In this document: positions 1 through 12,936 of the stretch, one piece after another
Position numbering within the stretch: the first letter of the stretch is position 1
Layout: each line of letters starts with the position of its first letter
DNA from: Octopus sinensis
Lineage: Eukaryota
Direction: 5' to 3'
DNA: 36,121 bases
Assembly: GCF_006345805.1 (NCBI RefSeq)
Contig: NW_021835854.1
Span: forward strand, 1-36,121
Program-made: the position numbers and the translations under genes
The notes under the pieces: model-generated
What the model saw: the letters and a program-made list of their open reading frames with translations, nothing else
Database searches by the model: none
Told to the model about the DNA's origin: nothing

Positions 1-32
1 AAATAGTATAAAAGAAGATTGATTCAACTTAC

Positions 33-104
33 AGAGTTTCTAAACTGGGAAGATTTTGGAAAGTGGTTTCGTTGATTGCTTGGATATGGTTATAACTCAA
101 AAAC
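33..104 (-). CDS. 72-nt LRR exon (FLSYNHIQAINETTFQNLPSLET-L); gene continues off the left edge
   Basis: ttctccag| acceptor and |gtaagt donor, 72 nt, phase 2-2. Confidence 0.85.
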
Positions 105-1151
105 CTGGAGAATAAAATTGTGTTAAGAAGACAAGTTATGGTAAGAAAAAGAAAAAGGTGATGAAGAAGAAGTAGATAATGATGATGATGAAGAAGAAGA
201 AGGAGAAGAAGAAGAAGGAGAAAAGAAGAAGAAGAAGAAGTAGAAGAAGAAAAAGAAGAAGGAGAAGAAGAAGAAGAAGAAGAAGAAGAAGAAAAGAAGA
301 TGATGAAGAAGAAGAAGACAAAAGAGAAGAAGAAGAAGAAGAAGAAAGAAGAAGAAGAAGAAGAAGAAGAAGAAGAAGAAGAAGGAAAAGAAGAAAGAAC
401 ACGGAGAAAAGAAGAAAGAAGAAGAAGCAGAAGAAAAAGAAGGAGGAGAAGAAGAAGAAGAAGAAGAGGAAGAAGGAGGAGGAGGAGGAGAAGATGAAAG
501 AACAAGAGGAAGAAGGAGGAGGAGAAGAAGGAGAAGAAGAAGAAAGTAGAAGAAGAAGAAGGAGGAGAAGAAGAAAGTAGAAGAAGAAGAAGGAGGAGAA
601 GAAGAGGAAGAAGGAGGAGAGGACGAAAAAGGAGAGGAAGAAGGAGAAGAGGAAGAAAGAATATGGAGTAGATGAAGAAGGAGAAGAAGAAGAAGAAGAA
701 TGAAGAAGAAGAAGAAGAAGAAAAGGAAGAAGAAGATCAACAACATCAAACGCAATAAGTAGGAGATAAGTTCAGAAAAGTGCGTTTGAAACCTCTGGTG
801 CTAAATACACAAACTGAAGTGTTATTCAAGGCAGTTACTCAGCATCGATCTAAAGGTAAACGCCGTACATATTATACACACATGTTAATATAAATATTAT
901 ACACACATGATAACAAATTCGTCCTTAGACAGAGACACGTACATGCAATTGATGTTCCCCTTAATTACCACGACCTCATATATCTCCTATCTTAAAAGTG
1001 GACCCAGACTCACATTCACAAACATCCAAAAACAATAAAATGCATGTATAGAGAGACGGATGTAGACCTTAAATTGAAGTATGGAAAGACATTACGCATT
1101 TAGGAAGATATCTTCAGTGAAATAGTATAAAAGAAGATTGATTCAACTTAC

Positions 1152-1223
1152 AGAGTTTTTAAACTGGAGAGATTTTGGAAAGTTTTTTCGTTGATTGCTT
1201 GGATATCGTTATGACTCAAATAC
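1152..1223 (-). CDS. 72-nt LRR exon (YLSHNDIQAINEKTFQNLSSLKT-L)
   Basis: ttttccag| acceptor and |gtaagt donor, 72 nt, phase 2-2. Confidence 0.85.
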
Positions 1224-1420
1224 CTGGAAAATAAAATTGTGTTAAGAAGAATATTTATGGTAAGAAAAAGAAAAAGATGATGAAGAAGAAGTAGATAATG
1301 ATGATGATGATGAAGAAGAGAAGAAGAAGAAGAAGAAGAAGAAGAAGAAGAAGAAGAGAAGAAGAAGAAGAAGAAGAAAAAGAAGAAGAAGAAGAAGGAG
1401 GAGGAGGCGAGGGAGAAGCG

Positions 1421-1465
1421 GAAGTTTTTTCATTGATTGCTTGGATATCGTTTTCAGCCAAATTC
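1421..1465 (-). pseudogene. 3'-truncated LRR exon copy (NLAENDIQAINEKT)
   Basis: Matches the 5' part of the 18580-18651 exon; its upstream flank 1466-1925 is a near copy of 18652-19103. Confidence 0.75.
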
Positions 1466-2014
1466 CTGGAAATTAAAATTGTGTTAAAAACATTTATGGT
1501 AAGAAAGAGAATAAGATAATGAAGAAGTAGATAATGATGATGATGATGATGAAGAAGGAGCAGAAAAAGAAGAAGGAGAAGAAGAAAATAAAGAACAAGA
1601 ATAAGTAAAAGAAGAAGGGGAGGAGGAGGAGGAGGCGAGGGAGAAGAATAAGAAGAAGAAGAAGAAAAAGAAGAGAATGAAGGAGAAGAGGAGCAACAAG
1701 TAGGAGATACTTCCAGAGAAGGAAACAAACACTAGTTGAGCGAAGTCCCTAAATGGAAAAAATGCATGAAGGACACCATCCAAGCACCTCCCCACAACAC
1801 ATACACACAACTATCTACTATAACACCAACATTACCAACACCACAAGTACCGCTGCCAGCACCACCCGCCATACAAATATCCCCTTCGAAATCACCTTCG
1901 TAAATTTCCCTGCAATCCACATATTGAAGGGGGGGAGGAGGAGGAGGCGAGGGAGAAGAATAAGAAGAAGAAGAAGAAAAAGAAGAGAATGAAGGAGAAG
2001 AGGAGCAACAAGTA

Positions 2015-2072
2015 GGAGAGATTTTGGGAAGTGTTTTCGTTGATTGCTTGGATATCGTTATAACTCAAATCC
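2015..2072 (-). pseudogene. 3'-truncated LRR exon copy (DLSYNDIQAINENTSQNLS), no donor
   Basis: Same acceptor and same breakpoint as the 2503-2560 copy. Confidence 0.75.
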
Positions 2073-2502
2073 CTGGTGAATAAAATTAAGTCAAGAAGAA
2101 CATTTATGGTAAGGAAAAGAAAAAGATGATGGAGAAGAAGTAGATATGATGATGATGATGAAGAAGAAGAAGAAGAAGAGAAGAAGAAGAAGAAGAAGAA
2201 GAAGAAGAAAAAGGAGAAGGAGAAGAAGAAACAGAAGAACGAGAAGAGGAAAAAGAATAAGGAGAAGAAAAAAGAACAACAAGAAGAAGAATAACAAGAA
2301 GAAGACGAAAATGAAGAACAGGGTGGAGGAGAAGGAGGACGAGGATAGGAGTCAGAAGAAGTACAAAAAGAAAAAGTGAATAAGTACAAGAAGTAGACGA
2401 AGAAGACAAAAAGAAGAAGAAGAAGAAGAAGGAAAATAATAATAATAATAAGAAGAAGAAGAAGAAAAAGAAGAGAATGAAGGAGAAGAGGAGCAACAAG
2501 TA

Positions 2503-2560
2503 GGAGAGATTTTGGAAAGTGGTTTCGTTGATTGCTTGGATATCGTTATAACTCAAATCC
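2503..2560 (-). pseudogene. 3'-truncated LRR exon copy (DLSYNDIQAINETTFQNLS), no donor
   Basis: Intact acceptor ttcaccag|; the sequence switches into the pyrimidine block right after AATCTCTCC. Confidence 0.75.
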
Positions 2561-4078
2561 CTGGTGAATAAAATTAAGTCAAGAAGAACATTTATGGTAA
2601 GGAAAAGAAAAAGATGATGGAGAAGAAGTAGATATGATGATGATGATGAAGAAGAAGAAGAAGAAGAAAGAAGAAGAAGAAGAAAGAAGAAGAAGAAAAA
2701 GAAGAAGAAGAAGAAGAAAAAGAAGAAGAAAAAGAAGAAGAAGAAAAAGGAGAAGGAGAAGAAGAAGAAGAAAAAGAAGAAGAAAAAGAAGAAGAAGAAA
2801 AAGAAGAAGAAGAAGGAGGAGAAGAAGAAGGAGGAGGAGGCGAGGAGAAGAATAAGAAGAAGAAGAAAAAGAAGAAGAAGAGAAGAAGAAGAAGAAGAAG
2901 AAGAAGAAGAAAAAGAAGAAGAAGAAGAAGAAGAAGGAAAATAATAATAATAATAAGAAGAAGAAGAAGGAGAAGAGGGAAGATGCAGAAGGAGAAGAAG
3001 ATGGAGACGAAGAAGAAGAATACGAAGAAGGGGAACAATGCAACAAGTAGAAGATATATTTAGAAAATTGCGTATGAAACATCTGGGTCGAAATACAGAA
3101 ATTGAAATGTTATTCAAGGCAGTTACTCGGTAACTAAATCTAAAGGTAAACTCCGTACATATTATACACACATGATAACACACTCGTCCATAAACAGATG
3201 ATGTTGAAGAAGAAAGTCAACATGGAGAACAACACAAAAACAATTACAGGATCAGGAAATGAAAAGTGAAAACTGAAAGATGTTACGAAGAAAAAGAAGA
3301 AGAAAAGCAGAGGAAGAAGTATTGCAATAAATTAAGAAGTAGAACTAGGAGATAAGGAAGATGTTAAAGGAGATGAAGGAGAAGAAAAAGAAGGAGAAGA
3401 AGAGCAACAAGTAGGAGATACTTCCAGAGAGGGGAAACAAATACTAGTTGAGCGAAGTCCCTAAATGGAAAAAATGCATGAAGGACACCATCCAAGCACC
3501 TCCCCACAACACATACACACAACTATCTACTATAATACCAACATTATCAACACCACCAATACCGCTGCCAGCACCACCCGCACCACACACCATACAAATA
3601 TCCCCTTCGAAATCACCTTCGTAAATTTCCCTGCAATCCACATATTGAACCCCTAATGAAATACATACATAAAACTACAAATATGTGTTACTATATATGC
3701 TACCATATATGTATGCAAAAGTAAGTTTCCACTAACATTTTCCCATCAATTGCTATTCACTCATAAATCCGAAAACTCATAAATATGCCCTCACTCATAT
3801 TCACAAACGTTGGCAAACAATACCTCGCCCTTTGGACAGACAATGGTTGTAGACATACACAGAGACGTACACATTCATTCACTAAATTGTTCCCCGCAAG
3901 TATCACTCAGTCATATGTACCATATTAAGGAAATGGGCCCACACTCACAGATTTATATACATGATAACACATCTTTGGAAAGACGGTGAGGTTGCTTCAA
4001 ATGAAGTATTGGAAGACATTACATTTATAGAAATATATCGTCAATGTCATAATAAAAATAAACACTGATTCAACTTAC

Positions 4079-4150
4079 AGACTTGTTAAACTGGACAGAT
4101 TTCGGAAGGTGTCTGGTTTGAGTTCTTTGATATCATTAGAACTCAAAGAT
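4079..4150 (-). CDS. 72-nt LRR exon (SLSSNDIKELKPDTFRNLSSLTS-L), more diverged paralog
   Basis: ttccag| acceptor and |gtaagt donor, 72 nt, open frame. Its downstream intron is homologous to those of the other LRR exons. Not in the ORF track. Confidence 0.88.
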
Positions 4151-4603
4151 CTGGAACATAAAATTCACTTAAGAAGGAATTGTATAGAACATTTTGGCTA
4201 AAAAATAAGATATCGGAAGTTATGTAAAGTAGAACACGATGATAATTAGTTTCATGTTGATGATGGTGATGATAATGTTGATAATACTGCTGTTGATGAT
4301 GATGAGAATGATGAGGATGATGATGATGATAATGATAAAGATTAAGGGGAAGTTGAGGAGGATAAAGGTGGCGGTAGAACTGACGGAAGATGTGATGGTC
4401 CTAGCAATGAATAAGATTATGAGGCAGAGAAGATGAATATTTGGTCGAAGTTTAGATGTCGAAGATGATATGATGTTGAGGAGGCAATGGAGGAGATGAA
4501 ATAGAGAGGAAAAGAAGAATAAATTCGAAGCGGAAGGAAGAGACGAATAATTTTCAGAAGATGATGAAGAACAAGAATAATAATAATATGAATAACTATT
4601 AAA

Positions 4604-4635
<32 letters not shown>

Positions 4636-4687
4636 TAATAATAATAATGATAATAATAATAATAATAATAATAATAATATAATAATA

Positions 4688-4747
<60 letters not shown>

Positions 4748-4749
<2 letters not shown>

Positions 4750-5865
4750 CTACTATAAAATAACCACCATAGGACTGCAAAAATATCTACTTCAGAAGGA
4801 AGGAAAACTGATCCAGATAGCAGCAAAACACGAGCAAAACAAAAAACTGTTCTCAGTATTTAAGGAAGCTGACAAATACAAACAAGAAATCATACCACCT
4901 AATAAACACGAAGAAGAAGAAGAAGATGATGAAGAAACAACAAAAGCTATAAAACAAATGAAATCCAAACTAAAAATAGAACAGCAACGAACCATGATAA
5001 AACGATGGTAAGAAAAGCCCCTTCATGGTAAATACTGCACTAAAATAAACGCAAAAGAAATAGACAAAGAAAAATCCCAGCAATGGTTGAGAAGCTCAGG
5101 ACTCAAAGCAGAAACAGAGTGATTTTTAATTGCAGCACAAGACCAAAGCCTCCCCACCAGAAATTACCAAAAACATGTAATGAAAAGAAATATTACAAGT
5201 AACTGCAGAATATGTGGAGATGGACAAGAAACAATAAATCATATTATCTCTAGCTGCCCATTCCTGGCTAAGAAGGAATATATTCACAGACATGACAGAG
5301 TTGGAACCTACATACATTGGAAGCTATGCCAACATTATGGAATAACAACAGAAAAAAGATGGTATAGGCACACACCAGAAAAGGTCACAGAAAACGAGAA
5401 AGCAACCATACTCTGGAATATGCCGATACACACAGATAGAGAAATTAAGGCCAACAGACCAGATATAGTTGTCAGAGATCATGAAGAAAAAATGCTTTCT
5501 AATTGATGTATAAATACCGGCAGATGACAACGTGTCTCTAAAAGAAATGGAGAAACTCTCAAAATACAAAGACCTGGAAATAGGGGTAACTAGAATGTGG
5601 AATCTGAAAACAGAAACAATTCCTATCATAGTAGGTGCATTAGGCATGATAAAAAAATATTCAGACAAATACATAACAAAAACACCAGGACTTACAAACA
5701 CATATAACATACAGAAAATTGCACTACTAGGCACTGCACACATCCTACGCAGAACACTTTCCATACAATAACCATCAGAGCATCACAACAAATCACAACA
5801 CATACCCAAGGCACACAGAGCTGCGCTCGGTAGTGAAGTGAAAGCACGCTATAAAAATAAAACTA

Positions 5866-5868
<3 letters not shown>
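4748..5868 (+). mobile_element. 5'-truncated R4/Dong-like non-LTR retrotransposon (CCHC finger + restriction-like endonuclease), frameshifted
   Basis: EKPLHGKY, CRICGDGQETINHIISSC, RPDIVV...KEMEKLSKYKDLE, GTAHILRRTL, then a 3'UTR; (AAT)n on both sides. Confidence 0.85.
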
Positions 5869-5939
<71 letters not shown>

Positions 5940-6368
5940 TAATAATAATAATGATATGTTGATGATGACGAAGATTGTGAAGAAGAAATAGTAGATGAAG
6001 AACTAGAAGAAAAGAAGAGATTTCGTAGAATGCAAACGTCCCAATAAATTATAAAACAAAGTAGAGTTGAAGGAAGGAGACTACGAGAAATTACAAGAAG
6101 AATAGGAAAAACTGAACGAAGAAGAAGAAGCAGAGGGAATAAGAGCGAAGGTAATAACTATGAAATGAAGAGAAAGAAATAAAACGATTGAGAAGATTAC
6201 GAAGAATGGAAGAAGAACAGGAACGGGAAGATGGAAGGAAATAACACATATTACGAAAGAAAAGAAGAAGAACAAACTACCACGAAATAGGAGTAGAGAA
6301 AGAGGAGAGGATGAAGTAGAAGAAGAAAACGAAGAAGATGCTGCTGCTGCTTATGATGATGATAATGT

Positions 6369-6406
<38 letters not shown>

Positions 6407-6422
6407 GTGATGGTGATGGTGG

Positions 6423-6457
<35 letters not shown>

Positions 6458-6908
6458 ATGTTGATGATGATTACGATGATGATGTAGAAAAGAAAAATGA
6501 TAAAAGTTACAATTCTAAAATATATTCATATCCATATCGTACTTTTAATGTGCAATTAGAAGTGAGAGTCGTGGATGGTAATCAGCGTTGATCTAGAGAT
6601 AAAAAGAGTAATGTTATACAGCGAGAAATAGGAACAGATACACTCTTATAGGTTCACTCATACAAAAGGACTCATATATGTAGACATGTATATATGTATA
6701 TATAGTTGGAATTTACAAAAAAGCAGAAGACGAAGAAAGATGTGTAAACAACAAGAAGGTGTATAAATTTAACGCTCGGGGAGGTGAGAAAATCTTTTAC
6801 ATTTCGCGCCCATGCTCTTCAACAGAAATGAACACGATAAAATAAGCAAAGAGAGAACAAAAATGCTTCAGTGACTAGCGGTCAATCATGTGGATATGTA
6901 TAAATATA

Positions 6909-7320
6909 TCTATATATTTAAAACTGAGAATGTGTGTCTGTCTGTCTGTCTGTCTGTGTGTTTTCCTAAAACTTGAGAACTACACAAGCAATTTCATTCA
7001 AATTTACACATGCCTTACTTAGGATCCGGGGTGTGTCATCAGCAAAAAATTTTAACTTCTTGCCGAGGGCGAGCCCACAGCAATATCATATCTTCTCCAT
7101 TATGATTCCCTAAAACTTGAGAACTATACAACCAATTTCATTCAGATATTACACATGCCTTACTTAGGGTCCATGTAGTTTCATGGCAAAAAAATGTTTA
7201 ACTTCCTGCATAGGGCGAGCTGATAGCAATATCATATCTTCTCCGCTATTTCAGTATTACGTGTTAAAAGTGAAACAAAAACATCTCTCTATTTTCTGTC
7301 AAATACTTTCACTTTAACAA
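6909..7320 (+). mobile_element. Possible non-autonomous Helitron-type element 5' portion, containing a ~143-bp tandem duplication (6966-7098 / 7109-7243)
   Basis: Starts TCTATATAT..., then (CTGT)n and CTAAAACTTGAGAAC, a layout recalled from invertebrate Helitron/HINE elements. The duplication is seen directly; the family call is from recollection. Confidence 0.4.
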
Positions 7321-8149
7321 TAAAAATTAGAGATATTAATAACAATTGAAATATATGTAGTAAGTAATAATTAAAATCAAACTAAAGTATTATATATGAA
7401 TTAAATCGTAATATAGCAAAAGTAAAAATTGCAATTGGTATAAAATTGCATCAATCACTTGAACTGGAATAAGTGGTTTCACATGAAAGGGAATAAATTA
7501 AAAGTAAAATTAGTGCGCAGGAATAGAATAGTCCAGATGGAGCTGTGTACATACCTTTTACCATAGCTTTTACATTAGATTATCTGCTAATTAGCTAGCA
7601 TTAAGTATCTATTTGAAATTTGGCTGTATGTAATGTCTGTTTTCTCGAACAGCCACTTCTACCGAGTACTGCTGTTGGTTTATTTCTTATACATAAAGGA
7701 CTATAGCTTCAAGTGCGTACAGCTTTTTGATTCACCGCAAGTTTTGTTGTTATCATTATTACTGTTTAACTATTGTTATCATGTTTGTTGGTTCCTCGAA
7801 AATGAAATGTTTTGGCGTTGCATTTGTTAAATAATTGTAAAACGTAACCCTCCCCATTTGGGGAAGGAGCTTTGGTTATTGTTTAAAAATTTAATTGTGT
7901 CCCTGTTTGGGAACACGATTCAATTTTGGCAATATTTTCACCGTTTACACGGAAGCATTTTTGTTGAAATACCTTCGATAGAAGAAAGTCCAAAAATGAA
8001 TTTCGCTGCAGCCGTCGGCGGGCGGGAGCTCATTAAAATTTAAATGGAAGAAATACACACCTATTTCGGATTGATCACCGACAAAGACGGCGAAATTAAG
8101 GATAACACCACCAAACGAAATAAATTATAAAATTAAAGAAAAGATTATA

Positions 8150-8470
8150 TTCTATAAAGTATGCAATGTAGAGAAAAAAAGTTGAAAACCTGGAGGAAAG
8201 CACCATCCAAAAGTGTCTTGGTGCGACTATGAAAGATATGAAGTATCTAACCAGAGGCGGTAAAATCACCACAATAGAAGCAAGGTTCGATCAACGAAAC
8301 GTGCAAGGGAGTACTCGATCCGAACCTTGCAAAGTGGAAATATTTTATTTTTACCTTTCCGGATAAAAATTTAATATGTTCCCCCAGAAGTAGAGGTAGG
8401 CTGGATTGTAGCCAGACTTCTAAACAAGAGGGAGGACAAGATACAATTGATCGAAATTGCAAGAGACGGG
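8150..8470 (+). mobile_element. Decayed ORF1 fragment of an L1/Tx1-like element
   Basis: YLTRGGK...VPPEVEVGWIV aligns by eye with YMARGRT...LPPEFDIFWLV (about 22800-22980) and FISRGRR...VPPEIKTEWLV (about 25400-25600). Confidence 0.5.
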
Positions 8471-8621
8471 CCTTCAATTCCAGTCTGTTATATATTTTGA
8501 GTATTGTTATCACTAGCGATATCAAGATATAACTTTGTATTTTGTATTTTATGTGTAGATGTATATATATATATAGATGTACATGTAATATGTACACATA
8601 TATATACACATATATACATGC

Positions 8622-8662
8622 ACTAGCACTATGACCCGGAAACTCCGGGTCATAATGCTAGT
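8622..8662. repeat. Near-perfect palindrome, 19-bp arms (18/19), 3-nt loop, ending CTAG-T
   Basis: actagcactatgacccgga-aac-tccgggtcataatgctagt. Confidence 0.9.
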
Positions 8663-8675
8663 ATATATATACATA

Positions 8676-8725
<50 letters not shown>

Positions 8726-9229
8726 GTGTGTGTATGTATGTATAGAGTTATATATATAAAATAATAAAGGATAATATGTTTTAAAAGCAATTTTCTGTGG
8801 CCAGTATATTAATATTGACTGATTACGGTGAAATCAAATATATGATTATTATCAAAGGCATAGATATAATTGTTTTAGCCTATATGCTGAAATAGACGCT
8901 AAATCGTCACACCCCTTGAAAAATCACAAAGAAACACGCGCTGAAACTCAGAGAGCGAACGGAAATTTATAACAAATTAGGAAAACCTAGATTAGCTAAT
9001 TTCTGATTCTACCCCATGGCTTTAACTCAGCAGCACAGCTTACATACAGAAATAATTTAGATATTTATCCATACCTACAGGAAATGAGACGCACATGTAT
9101 CATTGGGATTTTTATGTGGTCAAACCATTTAGCGTCTATTTTCAGCATATACACCAGAAGACTTATCTTTAGTTATAATTACAATTTATATGTATATAAT
9201 CTTAATGTAATTGTGTGTGTGTGTATATG

Positions 9230-9301
<72 letters not shown>

Positions 9302-9339
9302 CGTATATATATCTATATCTGTGTCTATATATCTATCTA

Positions 9340-9375
<36 letters not shown>

Positions 9376-9756
9376 TATATAAATCTCCTTTTTCTATCGA
9401 AAAATGTGCGAATATTGAGGAAGGCATGGTCGGAACGTGACATAAAATGGGAATATTTTAAACGTTTAGTAATATATTGTCAGTAAAATATTATCAAATT
9501 GAATTCGTAACTTACAGATATGTTAACCTGGTCAGATCATCGAATGTCCCTATTTCAATTTTGTCGATATTATTTCCATTCAAATATCTGTAAAATAAAA
9601 GTTTGGCTGATAAGCTAACGTAGGGATGAGTATTATTGTAAAATATTTTTATCTACGAAATGTCTGTAAGACACAATTTTAGATATAGATATATATATAT
9701 ATACGCCCCGGGCGCCCCGTATGGATACATATATGTTGTAAATATTTTCTGTGTGT

Positions 9757-10227
9757 CACAGAAAGTGAGAATGCAACCATATTCTGGGATATGTCAATAC
9801 ACACAGACAGAGAAATTAAGAGAAATTAAGACCAATAGGCTGGATATGTCTGTCAGAAATCATCAAGAAACAATCTTTTCTAATCGATGTATCAATGCCA
9901 ACAAATGACAATGCTTCTCGAAAAGAAACGGAGAAACTTTCAAAATACAAAGACCTGGAAATAAAGGTAACTCGGATGTTGAGTCTAAAAACAGAAACAA
10001 TTCCTCTCATAGTCGGCGCATTAGGTATGATAAAAAAATATTCAGACAAGTACATAACAGATACACTAGGACTGACAAGTAAACAAACCATACAGAAAAT
10101 AGCACCACTTGGCAACGCGCGCATCCTACGTAAAACACTTTCAATACAATAACAATGAGAGCATCACAACAACCACAGCTCATACCCAAGGCACACGGAG
10201 CTACTCTCAGTAGTGCAGTGATAAGCA
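9757..10227 (+). mobile_element. Short 3' fragment of the same R4/Dong-like family as 4748-5868
   Basis: RKETEKLSKYKDLEIKVTRM...GNARILRKTLSIQ plus a matching 3'UTR (gagcatcacaac...cccaaggcacac). Confidence 0.8.
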
Positions 10228-10409
10228 TTCAGCGTGACCTAGGAATTGGGAGATTCCTGTCGGGACATGCCCTCGACAGAAATTCGGATATAAATAGAAG
10301 TGCGCGACTGTATACGTCATTCGATAGGAGACCGCCGTACTGCAATGACCGACCGCTCGTCCAAGAAAGGAAATAAACAACAACAACAATTAATTAATAA
10401 TATTAATTA

Positions 10410-10526
<117 letters not shown>

Positions 10527-10529
10527 TAT

Positions 10530-11664
10530 AAATCGAAAGTAAATGTTCCGAATAAGATTGAAGCTATCAACCCCTGGACGGTTTCTCTCCTTAGATATGG
10601 AGCTGGGTTAATCACATGGACACTAGACAATCTAAATAGTTTAGACAGAAAGACAAGGAAGTTGCTAACGAGATATTGGGCACTCTACCCAAAAAATTGA
10701 CGCAGACAGACTATGTACCAAGAAAAAGAAGAGGAAGCACACTTAGTGAATGCTAACACAGCTTTAGAGCAGAAGAAAACAATATATCATGGTATGTAAA
10801 AAATTCCACAGGACCGCTATTATTAGAAGTAGGAATGTCAGGCTTGTGTAGGATGAAAGATTACAAAGATAAAGCACTATACAAGAAATTGAAAACGAAT
10901 GAAACTGAAAATAGGTGGGTAAAGAAATGAATGCATGGTGAATTTCATAGGGATGTTGAAGATAAGTGATTTGAAACCGGAAATGGAAACTATAATCTGT
11001 GCTGCCCAAGAGCAAGCACTAAGAACAAACTGCATAAGATACAGAATTGATAACACAGCAGAAAGTAATAAGTGCAGAATATGTGGACAAAACGGTGAAG
11101 CCGTATGGCATATTACTGGCCAATGTATGTCACTAGCGCAGAAGGAATATGAGACGCCATGCCAATATAGCAAAGCTTTTTCATTGGACACTTTGCAACA
11201 AGGTATCTTCGAAAATAGAAATGCAAAGATCATATGGGATTTTATGATTCAGTGCGACTATGAGATAGAGAATAGGAAGTTGGACATAGTCTTAATTGAG
11301 AATGTAATCAAACTATGCTAGATCATAGATATAGCATGTCCAGCTGACAAGATATGCGATAAGGAAGAAAGAATAGCCGAGAGATATGACAGGTTAGCTT
11401 GGGAAGTTAAGCAGTTGCGGATGATGAAAGAGGTGGTAGTAGTACCAATAATTGTCGAAGCTCTGGAACAGTGAGCAAAAATGTCGAGAAGTACGTGAAA
11501 CAAATAGGGGCTGCAATAAGGGTGGAACACTTGAAAAAGCAGCACTACTTGGAACCGCTCGAATACTCCTGAAGTTGGTTGAAAAATAAAAGGTGTTACC
11601 TTAGTTCACTGGTAGTGAACAACTGACACTAGTACATCTCCAGCGTTAGAAGCTGTGCAAAGGC
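10530..11664 (+). mobile_element. Second R4/Dong-like family, 5'-truncated and internally deleted
   Basis: NKIEAINPWTVSLLRYGAG, ETIICAAQEQALRTN, CRICGQNGEAVWHITGQC, KIIWDFMIQCDYEIENRKLDIV; (AAT)n on both sides. Confidence 0.8.
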
Positions 11665-11704
11665 AATAATAATAATAATATTTTGTTTATCATCCTTAAA
11701 TAAA

Positions 11705-11942
11705 CCTTATTCAGTGACCTTTTGATGGGATGGGCTACTCAACATGAAGAAAATTCTAACCTGACCCCCACCTGCAAAGTCATGCGCTGCTTCTCTTCTC
11801 ATGAGATCACCGTGACGCACAGATACCGTTGTGATGCATATGCCTGGTGTACCCTTATCAGACTGGTAGGCATGAGGAGTACATTGGGCTTCGTGTATTT
11901 GCACCCCAGTGTCATTTTGATGGCATGCACTGCTCTCTCAAG
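11705..11942 (+). repeat. 3' end of an interspersed repeat with (AAT)n tail
   Basis: Ends ...gatggcatgcactgctctctca immediately before an AAT run. Resembles a common octopus repeat from recollection; not verified. Confidence 0.35.
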
Positions 11943-12045
11943 CAGTAATAATGATAATGATGATAATAATAATAATAATAATAATAATAGTAATCATAAA
12001 ATAATAATAATAATAACAACAATAATTATCAATATTATTATTATC

Positions 12046-12114
<69 letters not shown>

Positions 12115-12136
12115 ATAATTATTATTATTATTATTC

Positions 12137-12678
12137 TATGTTTGACTTTTGCTTTATATTTGTACAAGTTGGCTCCAAGTCTCACCCAGAGACCTTAAGA
12201 GACAACAGGTTGGAAGTTCATGTTGTTGTTATGCCTACTGTGCCATATATTTTTATTTTTGGTGTTGTTCTAGTGAGTGTCCAATAAAAAAACAAAATTA
12301 TGTTTGTTTTAAACCCTGAGATTACATAGAAAGTATTTTGCGTAGGATATGAGGAGTTCCCATGAGCACTATCTTTTGAGTTTCTGCCATTTTTGGGTTT
12401 CCTGGTATCTGAGTTAGGTAGCAATCAGCCCCTTTCGCTATCATTCCCAGGGCACCCATGACAACAGGTATTGTTTTAGTTTTCAGGTTCCACATTTTAT
12501 TGATTTCTATTTCAAGATCTTTATATTTTCTCAGTGTTTGGTAGGTCTTGACAGATACCTACCATTATATCGATTGGGACAGTCATATCAATGAGGAGGC
12601 ATGTTCTTTGTCTGATTCTTTCAATATGATGTCTGGCCTATTTGCAACTAACTTTCTGTCAGTTTCAATGGTTTGAAT
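12137..12678 (-). mobile_element. Third R4/Dong-like family, RLE domain + 3'UTR
   Basis: ANRPDIILK..(fs)..CLLIDMTVPID...KYKDLEIEINKMWNLKTKTIPVVMGALG...GTPHILRKIL; flanked by (ATT)n on both sides. Confidence 0.8.
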
Positions 12679-12766
12679 TATTATTATTACTAATATTATT
12701 ATTATTATTATTATATTATTATTATTATTATTATCATTATTATTATTATTATTATTAATATTATTA

Positions 12767-12797
<31 letters not shown>

Positions 12798-12823
12798 CAT
12801 TGTTATTATTATTGTTATTATTA

Positions 12824-12857
<34 letters not shown>

Positions 12858-12895
12858 TGTTACTCTTATTATTATAATTATTATTATTGCTATTG

Positions 12896-12936
<41 letters not shown>

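Larger units (their letters stand above)
135..3410. repeat. Series of (GAA)/(GGA)-rich purine blocks (about 135-765, 1255-1420, 1490-1700, 1930-2010, 2100-2500, 2600-3050, 3190-3410; another at 18680-18880) interleaved with LRR exon cassettes
   Basis: Directly visible low-complexity tracts with shared fixed ends; the source of the poly-F/L/S and poly-K/R/E ORFs. Confidence 0.9.

Noticed and set aside
767-855. Segment after a tttag acceptor-like site (also 3055-3145) as another LRR exon
   Set aside because: The two copies are out of frame with each other, there is no donor and no clean LRR consensus; identity unresolved.
123-3183. Long poly-F/L/S and poly-K/R/E ORFs (up to 359 aa)
   Set aside because: Translations of GAA/GGA tracts; only the embedded 72-nt LRR exons are supported by splice sites.
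9410-9450. tgaggaaggcatggtcggaacgtgacata as a degenerate hammerhead
   Set aside because: C3 is missing, GGAA replaces GAAA and stem I is weak; cannot be supported.
10228-10390. Possible RTE-type 3' end (IQRDL...ALDRNS, AAC tail)
   Set aside because: Similarity too weak and short to assign a family.
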